This document shows positions 17,033 to 26,858 of a stretch of 38,431 nucleotides of DNA, piece after piece; positions within the stretch are counted from its first letter, which is position 1, and every line of letters starts with the position of its first letter. A program made the translations under genes and the position numbers. The notes below the pieces were generated by a model. That model saw only the letters and a program-made list of their open reading frames with translations. It did no database searches and was not told the origin of the DNA. Origin of the DNA: a virus (Duplodnaviria; Caudoviricetes); the IMG/VR virus record IMGVR_UViG_3300043372_000116, positions 1-38,431 of that record; one strand, given 5' to 3'.

Positions 17033-17935
17033 TCAAGCCTTCATGATGTACGCAAGGGCGTAATAGGGAGGCAGATTGGCGTTGGTTCCCGACGAGCCGG
17101 TGCTGGTCAGTGTGGTTGCAACCGTAATTCCTGTGGAGGCTGCGGCAGTCTGCTGGGTATTAAAATATTCACTTGTGTCGTTACCGTTATGATCTGTGAA
17201 TTTCTGAAAACCACTACTATTGATCGCAACGTAGTCATGGATATGCTGCGGGTCGGTTACCGCCGATGTCGCCGTGTGCGTGTGGGCTACGACGATTGCG
17301 TCAGCACTGCCGCCGGTTGCTGCAACGGCATAGGTGGTTCCCGCGCCGATCACAAACCTATCGCGAAGATCTGGCGTCCCGCTCGCCCCGTTACAAAGCA
17401 ACCATCCAGCTGGAATTGATGCGATTGAGCCCGACCACATCACAATCACGCCGGTCGGGATTGTGGTGATGCCGGTTGTCGTTCCGGTGACCGTCAGGTT
17501 CACGACCGTTGCATTGGCGGGGGTCGTCGCGCCGAGTGTCGCACCGTTGATCGTGCCGCCGCTGATGACGCCGGCGCTGATCGTCTTGTTGGTCAAGGTC
17601 TGCGTGCTGGTCGTGTCGACCATTGTCTTGCGCCCGACGCCATCGCCGACCGTCAGCAGGTTGTCGTCGCTGTCCCAGACAACGGAGGCATCTGTGATTT
17701 GCGCGGGGGACGCGGTAGCCGGCACGACGAGCGTCCCGCTGATTGTGGCCGACCCTGCAACCGCCAGCGTCTTGCCCGAGCCAACGCTCAATCCGACGCT
17801 GGAGCCAGTGCCGTCGCTTTTGAAGATCGCGTCAAGCGTATCAAGGTCAGTGTTCAGATGACCGCCCCAGGCGTTCGTGTCAGCGCCGACTTCCGGCTTC
17901 GTGAGGTTCAGGTTTGTGGTGTATGTGTTCGCCAT
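17033..17935 (-). CDS. Tail fibre with collar domain
   Basis: [13 protein letters not shown] anchor, [29 protein letters not shown] collar, HxH motifs, [13 protein letters not shown]. Confidence 0.88.
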   Translation of the reverse strand: MANTYTTNLNLTKPEVGADTNAWGGHLNTDLDTLDAIFKSDGTGSSVGLSVGSGKTLAVAGSATISGTLVVPATASPAQITDASVVWDSDDNLLTVGDGVGRKTMVDTTSTQTLTNKTISAGVISGGTINGATLGATTPANATVVNLTVTGTTTGITTIPTGVIVMWSGSIASIPAGWLLCNGASGTPDLRDRFVIGAGTTYAVAATGGSADAIVVAHTHTATSAVTDPQHIHDYVAINSSGFQKFTDHNGNDTSEYFNTQQTAAASTGITVATTLTSTGSSGTNANLPPYYALAYIMKA

Positions 17936-18561
17936 CAGAAGCCCCTCCGGCGTGCTGTGAGCTGGGTCCGCTGCCGCATGCCGCGCTCGCTTTCAATGCC
18001 CATTGCATCCATGACCTGCTGACGCGCAGCAGCCCAGACCTGCAGGCGCTCGTCGTTTTTTAGGTAAGGCGTCGCCTCAAGCAGCGCCGAATAGAGGTAG
18101 AGGTCGGGTGATTTCGCCAGCAGCCAGTTCGTGGTCTGCGTCCCCGAGAGGGCCGGTATCTTCGCGTAATAGGTCAGCTGCATCGCCGAGCCTGACGTGG
18201 CAGGTGCCGGGATCAGCTCAAACTGCCCGCCGATGATCGTGAAATAGCGGACCTGGTTCTGGACCTTGTTCGCCTTAAGCGACTTCGCCTCGTTGGGGCC
18301 GATGTACTGAAGCGGCGGCTGCGGGGCGAGCCCGTCCATGTTCAGTTCAAGTTCATAGGTTTCGAGGAAGTCTGTCGGTACGTTGAAAAACTCGGTGGCT
18401 GAGGAAACTGCCAGGCGGATGAGCATGTCGCGCGTGCGCAGCTCGCGGTTGAATTTCGCCTCCGCTAGCGTGATGAACGTCGGGATGATTGACGTCAGGT
18501 CGGCCCGGTTGAGATAATCCGCAGCGGTCGACTGAAGGTCGGAATAGGTCGCGAGCGCCAT
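17935..18561 (-). CDS. Head-tail adaptor protein
   Basis: TYSDLQ...FITLAEA.FNR.LR...[18 protein letters not shown]. Confidence 0.8.
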   Translation of the reverse strand: MALATYSDLQSTAADYLNRADLTSIIPTFITLAEAKFNRELRTRDMLIRLAVSSATEFFNVPTDFLETYELELNMDGLAPQPPLQYIGPNEAKSLKANKVQNQVRYFTIIGGQFELIPAPATSGSAMQLTYYAKIPALSGTQTTNWLLAKSPDLYLYSALLEATPYLKNDERLQVWAAARQQVMDAMGIESERGMRQRTQLTARRRGF

Positions 18562-18863
18562 CAGACCGTCCCCGGACGGGTGCGAAAGTAACGATTGTCG
18601 GGATCATTCAGCCAGCGCTTCATGGCGACAGGATCGTCGGCGATGCCGCGCTGCTTCAGGTCATGCAGGACGACCATCGGGATCTGCGCGACGCGCGTCC
18701 ACTCGCCGTGTCGACCGTGGTCGTCGTTATAGGCGGACTTGTTCGCTTCAATGACGGCCGAGACGTCCTGCTCGGCGGTGATCGTCGCCTCGTCAGTCGT
18801 GTCGTCGTAGTTGAAGACGTGCCGGATTCCGGTGATCGGATCAGTGTCGAGAAGCTTGCGCAT
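18561..18863 (-). CDS. Conserved virion-region protein
   Basis: QDVS.VIEANK...VAQIPMVV...WLNDPDN.YFRT; follows the capsid gene. Confidence 0.75.
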   Translation of the reverse strand: MRKLLDTDPITGIRHVFNYDDTTDEATITAEQDVSAVIEANKSAYNDDHGRHGEWTRVAQIPMVVLHDLKQRGIADDPVAMKRWLNDPDNRYFRTRPGTV

Positions 18864-18881
18864 GTCGCCCCGCTGGTAAGG

Positions 18882-18905
18882 AAGGGGCGGCTTGCGCCGC
18901 CCCTT
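18882..18905 (-). terminator. Hairpin after the capsid gene
   Basis: AAGGGGCGGC-GCAA-GCCGCCCCTT on the minus strand. Confidence 0.75.
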
Positions 18906-18910
18906 GGTCG

Positions 18911-19900
18911 TTACGAGGTCGTGAGGTCGCGGATGGCGGCGAGCGCCTTCTGCTGGCGCACCTTGAGGCCGTATTCGACGATCAGCATGCGCTTCTCGTT
19001 GTCGCCGGTCTTCGCCAGTTCTTCCGTGCGGAAGTTGCGGAGGTAGCCGATCGAGGCATATTCCGGATCCACGATGTAGGCGTTGCCTTCAGGCTGGAAG
19101 CGAGAGGGCACGATGGTGACGCTGCCGAAGTCGGACACGTAGACATCGGCCGCCCCGACGATGTCAGCCTGCTGACCAGGCTTAACGTCGCGGAAGCGCG
19201 TCGCGATGCCGGTGAATCCCGACACCACTGTTTTGTTGAAGGGGCCGACCATGACCATTTTCGGATCGCCGCCCTGCGCCCAGACGCCCTGGATGGCAGC
19301 CTTGAGCAGAGTTTCCGTGAACGCGCGTGCTGTGCCAGCGACGGCGATCGTCGCGGGATAGCCGTCGAGGTTGCCGGCACCTGAAGACATCACGGGAGCA
19401 GCGCCGGCACCGGCGCCGGAATAGCTGTTGGTGATGATCCAGCCGCCAAGCCCGGCGGTCTTGCGCGCGACTGTGTTGGAGCCTGCGACTGCGATCTGGT
19501 TAGAGGTCAGCGTGGCTTCCATGTCGCGCTTCAGCTCGGAAGCGGCCTTGGCCATTTCATAGGCGAGGTAGGAACGCATGCCTGCCTTGTCGACAGCTTC
19601 GACAGTGCCCGAGACTTCAATCACCTTGCGAGAGATCTGCGTGTAATTGCCGACGCGCTGCGTCGGTGTGCGGGCGTCAACCGCGACAGCGTCGTCGCCT
19701 TCAAGAACGGCGTTGGAGGTCGACGCGGCTGCGAGGGCGTCCGTCTGCCACTCGGTGTATGTGTTCTTGACGTTCTCGCGACCAATGTTCGACATGAACG
19801 GAACGTCGACGGGCGAGATGTTGTAGATCACGTTGGCGAGGTCTTCGCGGACGGCACGATAGCCGTCGTAGCGGGTGATGGTATTCGTTGCGATAGCCAT
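18911..19900 (-). CDS. Major capsid protein (SU10/DUF5309-like)
   Basis: REDLANVIYNISP..PF, EWQTD.L, GNYTQI, ELKRDME, YVSDFG, ELAKTGD. Confidence 0.92.
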   Translation of the reverse strand: MAIATNTITRYDGYRAVREDLANVIYNISPVDVPFMSNIGRENVKNTYTEWQTDALAAASTSNAVLEGDDAVAVDARTPTQRVGNYTQISRKVIEVSGTVEAVDKAGMRSYLAYEMAKAASELKRDMEATLTSNQIAVAGSNTVARKTAGLGGWIITNSYSGAGAGAAPVMSSGAGNLDGYPATIAVAGTARAFTETLLKAAIQGVWAQGGDPKMVMVGPFNKTVVSGFTGIATRFRDVKPGQQADIVGAADVYVSDFGSVTIVPSRFQPEGNAYIVDPEYASIGYLRNFRTEELAKTGDNEKRMLIVEYGLKVRQQKALAAIRDLTTS

Positions 19901-19931
19901 TGCTCTAGCCTTTCAGATCGGAGATGCGGGC

Positions 19932-20942
19932 TCAGCCAAGCATCTTCTCGAAAATGGAAGCCGCATCACCGATGCGACCCGTTTGGGCGAGACGTTGTTT
20001 CGCGCGTGCGACGTCTGAAGCGGGGCGAGGCGACGTAGCAGCATTTCCGGCGGGCGCTGATTTCGGACCTTTGGGCGGGGCCGCTTGCGGCCGTTTCGCC
20101 ATCAAAGTGTCGAACTGCATCGCCTTGTAGAGGGCGACGATCGCGCGGGGATCATAAGCTTGCTGCAGCTCCTGCGGCTGAAACCCGAGTTTCTGGCCGT
20201 AGTCCAGCAGTTTAACCCGATCCGATTCCCACTTTGCATTGTCTCGCCAGCTCGGAACCAGCTCGGTCAGCTTGTGCCGACCTTCCTGGACGATATGTGC
20301 AAGCCGCTGCTGCTGCTCCTGCATCGTGAGAGCCTGGACGCGCTGGCTTTCAAACTGCGCTGCCGCGAGTTTTTCCTGCCGATCGCGCCACACTTCACGC
20401 TGCCTTACCCACTCAACCGGGTCAGTCTCATATAGCCTCTGCCAGTCGGGCTCTTGCGGCTGCGCTTCTTGAAGCTGTTGCTGCAGGCCATTGAGCAGTT
20501 GGGCGTACTGTTGACGTTCCTGGAATACCGCCTGCCGTTCGCCGTCGAACGATCTGCGTTCTTCAGCAAGTGCGGCAGTTTTGCGCGAATAATCCGACTG
20601 TCGCTGATAGCCTTTGACCGCTTCATCCAGCGGGATCTGCTCCTCCTTGCCGTCAATTTTGACGGTGACGAGCTGAACCTGTGGTTCGTCAGTATCAGAG
20701 CCATCTTCGTCATCGGCGGCTTCGTCAGCCGGCGCGTTTTCGTCTGTCTCCGGGGAGGTGTCCGAAACCGTCTCATCGCCGTCAGCGTCGCCAAACGCCT
20801 CCACCTCATCAGGGGCGGGGGCAGTGTTCGAAGCATCGGTGGCTGATTTCGGCGTCTCGTTCCCGGCGGGGCCGGCGAGAAAGGCCTCAAAAGCTTGCGT
20901 TGCTCCTGCGAGGCCGGTGCCTTGTGCTGGCGTATCGGACAT
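19932..20942 (-). CDS. Scaffolding protein
   Basis: Acidic N-terminus, VKIDGKE...GYQRQSDYSRKT, coiled coil; precedes capsid gene. Confidence 0.85.
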   Translation of the reverse strand: MSDTPAQGTGLAGATQAFEAFLAGPAGNETPKSATDASNTAPAPDEVEAFGDADGDETVSDTSPETDENAPADEAADDEDGSDTDEPQVQLVTVKIDGKEEQIPLDEAVKGYQRQSDYSRKTAALAEERRSFDGERQAVFQERQQYAQLLNGLQQQLQEAQPQEPDWQRLYETDPVEWVRQREVWRDRQEKLAAAQFESQRVQALTMQEQQQRLAHIVQEGRHKLTELVPSWRDNAKWESDRVKLLDYGQKLGFQPQELQQAYDPRAIVALYKAMQFDTLMAKRPQAAPPKGPKSAPAGNAATSPRPASDVARAKQRLAQTGRIGDAASIFEKMLG

Positions 20943-20953
20943 TGAAATTTACC

Positions 20954-21205
20954 TTAGACTTGGGATCCGCGCAAGCGGCGGTTCCACATGGAGACATCGG
21001 TGGAGACGGCGACGGCGTTGATCTCGTCGCGAAGGGCTGTGAGAGCGCGCAGCATGAGGAATGCTTCTTCGCGCACGGCCGACTCGGAGGGCTGGGATGT
21101 CTTGAACTGCTCAACGCATTGGCGCGTCAGGCGGTCGAAGATCTCGTTCAGTGCGTCGTTTTTTGCGAGGTGCTTGGCCTCGCGCACCAGCTCGTCATTG
21201 TGCAA
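20954..21205 (-). CDS. Small protein between portal and scaffold
   Basis: Helical ORF overlapping the portal stop; usual position in such head modules. Confidence 0.7.
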   Translation of the reverse strand: MHNDELVREAKHLAKNDALNEIFDRLTRQCVEQFKTSQPSESAVREEAFLMLRALTALRDEINAVAVSTDVSMWNRRLRGSQV

Positions 21206-23465
21206 TTGGTGCCCCCATCATCTGGCCGGGCATCGCGCCCGGCTGCGGCTGCGGCGCTTGGGTCAGCGCCTGGATGATCGCCTGATAGCGCTGCGTGTCG
21301 GCCTCAATCGCCGTCTGCGCGATGGCCTGCTCCTGCGAGAGCTGCGCCTCAATGCGCGCGAGGTCGATTTGCCCGCCATATTTCGCTTCGATCTCTGCCA
21401 GGCGCAGCAGGGCGTCGAGGTGCATCTTCTCGCGCTCGCGCTTGTCGCGCTGGTTTGCTTCGAGAATGTCAGCCTGCACCTTGGCGTTCGTCTGGGCGAT
21501 CGAGGCCTGCGTCTTCTGCTGCTCGATCTGCGCCAAGAGCATGTTCGGGTCGGGCGGCTGTGGCCGCTGCATTTGCTGGGCGAGCTGCTGCGGGTCGACC
21601 TGCTTGAAATAGCGCGAGGCATCCTTGAACCCGGCCAGGGTGCAGATCTGCGCCAGCGTGTTGCGATACTGCGACACGTCAGATAGCGGGTTCATCGGCC
21701 CGAGCAGCTGCATGATGCCTTCTTGCTTCTGCGCGACCTGCATCAGAAAGCCCATCTTGTCCTGGTCGGTGCCGCGCCCGAGGCCGACGTTGACCGAGAC
21801 GTCGAGATCGGCGTCCCAATAGCGCGGGTCGACAGCGACCCACTTGCCGCGCAGCTTGATGGTGCGCGGCTTGTCTTGGTGCCGGCAGACGATCTTGAGC
21901 AGCCCTTTGAACAAACGCTTCATGCCGTTCTCGGCAAACATCCGTGCGATCAGCTCGATGCGCTCCTGCGCGCCCTGCACGGTGGCCGTGACTGCAGCCT
22001 TGGTTGTCGACTGCAGGACGTCGGGGTCGAGCCCCTGTGACGCCCCTGAGATGCCCGTGCGCTGGGCGCGGACCTGGTCGAGGTAGGCGATCATCGGCAT
22101 CGCAGCTTGGCCGACGAAAGGCTCGGAGAGCGCCTGCACCATCCCCGGCGCGCGGGCGCGGATGATGGCGCCGCACTCGTTGTTCAGGACGTCGTCCATG
22201 TTGACCTGGCCCTCGACCACAACAGTGCGAGGGTTGATTGACTGCGCCAGGCTGTCCATCGTGTTGCGTACAACAGCGCTCTTGATGCGCTGCAGGTCCA
22301 TCGTCTGGTCGGCGATCGACTGGCCGATGACCATGTGCGGCTCGGGGTCGGGGCAGAAAAAAGCGAAGGGAACGTCGGTGGCGATCTCGTCGTGCAGGAT
22401 GTGGTGGGCATTGCCCAGCGAGCAAACCTTGCGCAGCTCAGCGATGCCGTCCCCGTCCTTGTCGATCCGGACGTAGCTCTCGACGTAGAGGACGCGCCGC
22501 ATTGACGGGTCTGGGTTATCGGCGTGCATCATGAAGGACATGATCGCCGGGTTGCGCGTCTGCGCCTCGTAGTTGATCGAGAAGACGTCGCCCTGGCCGG
22601 CGAACTCTTCGATCTCCTCTTGGTCGTAGCCCATCGCCACGAGCTCGGACATGGTTTTCAGGGAGCGGTGGCCGACATAAGCGGCGGTGTCGAGGTCGCG
22701 CGCTTCGCGGGCGATCAGGAACTCTTCAGGCGGCACGGTCTCAATGACGACGCGGTTCTGCTTCAGCTGGCGGCGGATCTTGACCTCAAACGTCGCGATC
22801 TCAGGCTGGAGGGTCATGCCCGACATCGGGTCGAGCATTGCGTCCTGCACGACGTATTTCTCGATTTCGGTGATCTCGTTGTCCGGATCCTGCGTCAGCA
22901 AGGAGACCTGGCCCTGGTCAAGGCCCGTATATCCGGCCTCGCTGATCTGGATGTCTTCCGACCAGCGCCACTTGATGATGCCGGTCTTGCGCACCAGCGC
23001 GTCCTTGAACGTCTGCTGGAGGATCGAAAAGCCGGGATTGTCGTTGTAGAAGACGTGGTTGATGTAGTCGGTCTGCTGGGCGGCGAGGTCGACCTTCTCT
23101 TCGGTGTTCGGCGTGAACTCGACGATGTCGTCGCCCGCGGTGAAGATCCGCAGCAGCGACGGAATCATCGCCTGGACGACGTCGCGCACCTCCGTCATGA
23201 CGATCTGGCTGCGGCCTTCCTCTTCGGTGCCGAAGGGGTCGCCGCGGTAGTATTGCGTCGCTAGGGCGCGGCCCGGCGCCACATAGCCGTCAATATAATC
23301 GACAGCGTCGTCGATTGAGCTTTTCACGCTGGCGGAAAATTCGCCCTCGTCCATCTCCTCGCGATCGGGGGAGGGGCCGAAAGTGTGGGTCTGGTCGTCG
23401 ATGTCGTTCTCGTCATCGCTGGGTGCGATCGAGCCCGAGGATGTCATGCCGCCCGCATAGTTCAT
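21195..23465 (-). CDS. Portal protein
   Basis: 756 aa; YYRG.PFG.EEEGRSQIV, FKDALVRKTG, VPPEEFLI, DGDGIAELR, Gln-rich barrel tail. Confidence 0.92.
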   Translation of the reverse strand: MNYAGGMTSSGSIAPSDDENDIDDQTHTFGPSPDREEMDEGEFSASVKSSIDDAVDYIDGYVAPGRALATQYYRGDPFGTEEEGRSQIVMTEVRDVVQAMIPSLLRIFTAGDDIVEFTPNTEEKVDLAAQQTDYINHVFYNDNPGFSILQQTFKDALVRKTGIIKWRWSEDIQISEAGYTGLDQGQVSLLTQDPDNEITEIEKYVVQDAMLDPMSGMTLQPEIATFEVKIRRQLKQNRVVIETVPPEEFLIAREARDLDTAAYVGHRSLKTMSELVAMGYDQEEIEEFAGQGDVFSINYEAQTRNPAIMSFMMHADNPDPSMRRVLYVESYVRIDKDGDGIAELRKVCSLGNAHHILHDEIATDVPFAFFCPDPEPHMVIGQSIADQTMDLQRIKSAVVRNTMDSLAQSINPRTVVVEGQVNMDDVLNNECGAIIRARAPGMVQALSEPFVGQAAMPMIAYLDQVRAQRTGISGASQGLDPDVLQSTTKAAVTATVQGAQERIELIARMFAENGMKRLFKGLLKIVCRHQDKPRTIKLRGKWVAVDPRYWDADLDVSVNVGLGRGTDQDKMGFLMQVAQKQEGIMQLLGPMNPLSDVSQYRNTLAQICTLAGFKDASRYFKQVDPQQLAQQMQRPQPPDPNMLLAQIEQQKTQASIAQTNAKVQADILEANQRDKREREKMHLDALLRLAEIEAKYGGQIDLARIEAQLSQEQAIAQTAIEADTQRYQAIIQALTQAPQPQPGAMPGQMMGAPIAQ

Positions 23466-23619
23466 GGCGCCCGCCGTGTCCGTGACCAGTCGGACGAGAG
23501 ACTAGGCGAAACTTGTTGCTAAGACAACTTTTGGCTTGTTTGTCAAGGGTGCTAGACAAAAATATGCGGCTTTGAGCGCGCTGGCTTGTCGGCTAGATTC
23601 TCCTTCTCAGGAGGCGGCT

Positions 23620-23796
23620 ATGAAAATTATCATCACCAGAACGCCGGATGGCGACATTGAGGTCAGTTTTGATGACGAAGCGCGGGCGGCGCATATTGCT
23701 GTCCGCTACGATTTTCTTGACGACGCGCAGTCGCGCCTCGTTTCAGTGATGGCCGACCTAGAGGCCGAAGGCCTTAGCGGGGAGCCAGAAGATTGA
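23620..23796 (+). CDS. 58-aa acidic protein on the opposite strand
   Basis: AGGAGG RBS at 23609-23614; MKIIITRTPDGDIEVSFDDE...; overlaps the 3' end of the 507-aa gene. Confidence 0.6.
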   Translation: MKIIITRTPDGDIEVSFDDEARAAHIAVRYDFLDDAQSRLVSVMADLEAEGLSGEPED

Positions 23797-25297
23797 GGTA
23801 GCGCATGACGCTCTCGATCGTCTGGTCGTCGACAATTTCAGAGACGCCTTCTTTTCGTTTCTCTAACCCGCCCAGCGTCATCGCTCGGACTGAAAGCGGG
23901 TTGCCGCCCTGCAGGTGTTTGTATCGTTCCTGCATCTGCGCGTAGATCTTGGGCATCAGAACTTCGACCGGGATATTGGCCATCGACCCCTTGTATAGGC
24001 CCGGAAAATCAGTGTCGTAGGCTGGGTGTGTGGATGGCATCAAACGCCTGTCCGGCATTGCTCGGATCACTGTATTCCCAGCGTATCCCTTCGGCACGCC
24101 GGCGAGCGCCGGGTCTGTTAGCGCAGCGGTGATGTCTTCTTTGTTAAATCCAAAATGCGCTTGGTTCTCTTTCAAATACATCCGATCGACGAAAGCTTTA
24201 CGCAGCTCTCCGGGGGTAGAAAGCAAACCGCCGCCGCCGCTATACAGCTGCTGCCGCCCCTCCGGTGTGTTAATTCCGCGGAACTCTTTGAACGGCTGCA
24301 CGCCTCTGGCAGCCATCATCTCGGGAATATAAGCGCGGATTTCCCGATCGATCTCACCCGCCTTTTTCTTAGTAAGACCGCGCGCATCCAGCACCTGCAG
24401 CAGCACATCGGTCGGCATCGTCGAAAAGTCCTCGCCGCGTGCGCCCATCGTGACCGGCAGCTGATAAACTTGGCCATTCCCTCCTGCCGCGAGGTTCTCT
24501 TCCTGCGCTTTGATCGCCCGGTCTTGAATGCGGGTCGCAATCGTCTTGTTTGATGCGCCGCCAATCTCTGCGTCTATGTGCTTGAGGTCTCGGGCAAAGT
24601 CTTGCCCACCTGTGGTGGTTGTTGGGGTCGGGAGCACTCCATCGGACACCCCCATGATCTTGTAGTTTCGGTTCGTTGAGTCCCAAGGCATTATCTGGAT
24701 GCTGGAGCCCTTGAGGTCTTCAATGCTGACCGGCGTCTTGTCAGCCAACCCGCCGGTGAACTCGCGATCGTAGCGCGTGCCGACAGCGGGGTTCGGCTTG
24801 CTGGGCGTGTGAGACAGAAAGGTGCCAAAGGCCTTGAGCTTGGCAGCTTCGGCCTCGCTTGGATCCATCGCCAGCAACCCGCCGCCGAGCGCCATAGCGC
24901 CCTTGACCGCCTTTGCTCCGACCTTGGCAAGCGGGCCAGCGGCCGCAAAGGCAAAATCGGATGGCGATTGCGGCGTCATGAAATCAACGGCGGCGACCCG
25001 CCTGGCAATGCTTCGCGAGGCATTGCCTGCGAGCCGTTCGGCGTCTGCCGGCGCATAGCCGTTCTGCACCAGGTATTCTTGCCCCTGCTGGCGGGTCTGC
25101 TCAGGCAGTGCCTGCGTGTAGTCCCAGGCTTTGGAGATCGCGTTGGCGCCGGTTTGCAGCCCGCCTGAAAGAACCCGCATGGCGCGCTGGCGCTGCTGCT
25201 GCTTCTGGAGCTCTGCGAGGTAGCCCTCAAGGTCACCCTGTGGCGCGCCCTGCAGAGGGGCACCAAAACCACCCGACAAAAGCCCATAGTCAGCCAT
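23774..25297 (-). CDS. 507-aa protein: ejection-protein-like N-terminus plus unknown globular domain
   Basis: Long ORF in the late operon; MADYGLLSGG start, Gln/Ala-rich first ~150 aa. Confidence 0.8.
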   Translation of the reverse strand: MADYGLLSGGFGAPLQGAPQGDLEGYLAELQKQQQRQRAMRVLSGGLQTGANAISKAWDYTQALPEQTRQQGQEYLVQNGYAPADAERLAGNASRSIARRVAAVDFMTPQSPSDFAFAAAGPLAKVGAKAVKGAMALGGGLLAMDPSEAEAAKLKAFGTFLSHTPSKPNPAVGTRYDREFTGGLADKTPVSIEDLKGSSIQIMPWDSTNRNYKIMGVSDGVLPTPTTTTGGQDFARDLKHIDAEIGGASNKTIATRIQDRAIKAQEENLAAGGNGQVYQLPVTMGARGEDFSTMPTDVLLQVLDARGLTKKKAGEIDREIRAYIPEMMAARGVQPFKEFRGINTPEGRQQLYSGGGGLLSTPGELRKAFVDRMYLKENQAHFGFNKEDITAALTDPALAGVPKGYAGNTVIRAMPDRRLMPSTHPAYDTDFPGLYKGSMANIPVEVLMPKIYAQMQERYKHLQGGNPLSVRAMTLGGLEKRKEGVSEIVDDQTIESVMRYLNLLAPR

Positions 25298-25328
25298 GCT
25301 CAGCCCGCCCCGTCAAAATGGTTGGCTC

Positions 25329-25703
25329 CTAGACCGGGTCAACCGGCGGCACTGGCTCCGGCGCGGGCGCGGGAATGTTCCACGGCAGGGGCGGCATGAC
25401 GGGCAGGTTAGGGTCCTGCTGGGCGGCGATGGCTGCGTCACAGTCGGCCTGAGCCTTGGCGATACCGTCCGGCCCCAGCGCGGTGGCGACCCAGCCGTTG
25501 ACCTGATCGAGCGTTAGGTCCACATATGCGGTAAACGGTGTCCCGGCGACGTAGGTCGTATCAACCGAGCCGTAGGCGGCGGAGTTGTACGTGCCGTCCG
25601 TGGCTGACAGAACCCAAGCGATCTGGAAGACCACATCGGTCTGGCCTTCATGCTGCGGGTACGCGGTCATGGAGTTCACGGCCCACTGATAGGAGATTGT
25701 CAT
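25329..25703 (-). CDS. Fibre-associated protein (DUF7936-like)
   Basis: YQWAV..M......DVV..I.W...ATDG...YGS...FTAY.DLT..QV.GWV...LPW. Confidence 0.75.
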   Translation of the reverse strand: MTISYQWAVNSMTAYPQHEGQTDVVFQIAWVLSATDGTYNSAAYGSVDTTYVAGTPFTAYVDLTLDQVNGWVATALGPDGIAKAQADCDAAIAAQQDPNLPVMPPLPWNIPAPAPEPVPPVDPV

Positions 25704-25864
25704 TCTGTCGGCTCCACGGTCTGGGACGCCTTGGCGGCGGCTTCAAGTTTTTCAAAAAGAATAACTGCGGCTTTTGCGCCTTGGATGCCTGTCGCCTTAA
25801 CGGCCATATCAATCAGTGCGCCCAGCGCGTTGGCTTCTTCGTTGGTGAGGTTTAGCGTAATCAT
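25700..25864 (-). CDS. 54-aa fibre-chaperone-like protein (not in ORF track)
   Basis: MITLNLTNEEANALGALIDMAVKATGIQGAKAAV...; ATGA-coupled to next gene. Confidence 0.7.
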   Translation of the reverse strand: MITLNLTNEEANALGALIDMAVKATGIQGAKAAVILFEKLEAAAKASQTVEPTE

Positions 25865-25873
25865 GTGTTTCCC

Positions 25874-26731
25874 CTATGGTTCGATTGCAATCTGCTGTGC
25901 AGCGCCTGTTGCAAATAAGGCCATCAGGCGTGTTTTACCAGCGCCGTTGTCTTCAGCATAAATGCGAACAATATTGGCCGCTGGCGAGGCAGGAGCAGTC
26001 TGTTCAATGAAACTAAGCGCAGCACCGACAGACGTTGAGGTTCCACGAACACCTAAAACGCCAGCTGCTTCGCGGGAGAGAATAACATCGGAGGTGTCGT
26101 TGCTTGAGCTTGTTGAAGACCATGCGAACGTCCCACCGTTCCACAGCCTCGCATTATTGCCAATGGTTGCTCTTAAGGCGTTGTTTATGGTAAAGACTGT
26201 CTCACCATTTGCATTTGAACCAATTCCATAACCCGTGTATTGAAACTGGATCAGAGTGGACGGTGTTGCGGAGTCCGGGAATACAAGCTGCCGAGAGCTG
26301 TTAATCGTCAGCGCCGTAGCCAACGCATTCTGCGCCGGGTTCGCAGCCGTACCAGCCGGGGCCACTTTGAAGATAATGCTGCCACCAGCGCCCGAGCCAA
26401 GGCCCTGCGAGCCGGTGATCGTAAAGTCCGCACCAGCCGGGTTGGTCGTCGCCCCCGCCACAACAGACTGAACGGAGAGCGTCTGAGCAAGGGCCGTGGC
26501 TGCGTCTGCGGCTCCAAACCGAAAATTGCGTATCGCCCCGCGAGAAAAGGTAGTGTCGGAGTTAAAGACAAGCGCATCGCTAGATGCGGCGTTGCCCAGT
26601 ATGGTCGTAATTGCAGTCGTAACCCCGTAGACGGACGGGCTTGCGGTTGCCTGACTGTCTGCGCCAAACAGGAACCCCGTCGTCGGCAGCGACGTGTCGG
26701 GCGTGAGGGTTTTAAGGTCGATGTCCGTCAT
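25874..26731 (-). CDS. Fibre protein, probably head fibre
   Basis: G/A/S/T-rich beta-repeat composition; downstream of the spike-base gene. Confidence 0.7.
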   Translation of the reverse strand: MTDIDLKTLTPDTSLPTTGFLFGADSQATASPSVYGVTTAITTILGNAASSDALVFNSDTTFSRGAIRNFRFGAADAATALAQTLSVQSVVAGATTNPAGADFTITGSQGLGSGAGGSIIFKVAPAGTAANPAQNALATALTINSSRQLVFPDSATPSTLIQFQYTGYGIGSNANGETVFTINNALRATIGNNARLWNGGTFAWSSTSSSNDTSDVILSREAAGVLGVRGTSTSVGAALSFIEQTAPASPAANIVRIYAEDNGAGKTRLMALFATGAAQQIAIEP

Positions 26732-26734
26732 GTG

Positions 26735-26857
26735 TTAACCCCAAGTCAAGAAGTTGCCGGTGCCCCAGATCAAGTAATTACCCGCGCCCCAGACGAGGCC
26801 GTTGCCCGTGGGACCGGGGGCAGATCCGAGCGGCTGCCAGCGCATCCCCAGCAGCAT
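26735..26857 (-). CDS. 40-aa peptide with three GNxLxWG repeats (not in ORF track)
   Basis: MLLGMRWQPLGSAPGPTGNGLVWGAGNYLIWGTGNFLTWG; fills the gap between two genes exactly. Confidence 0.7.
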   Translation of the reverse strand: MLLGMRWQPLGSAPGPTGNGLVWGAGNYLIWGTGNFLTWG

Positions 26858-26858
26858 G

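Noticed and set aside
17033-26731. Diversity-generating retroelement acting on fibres
   Set aside because: No reverse transcriptase and no TR/VR pair seen.
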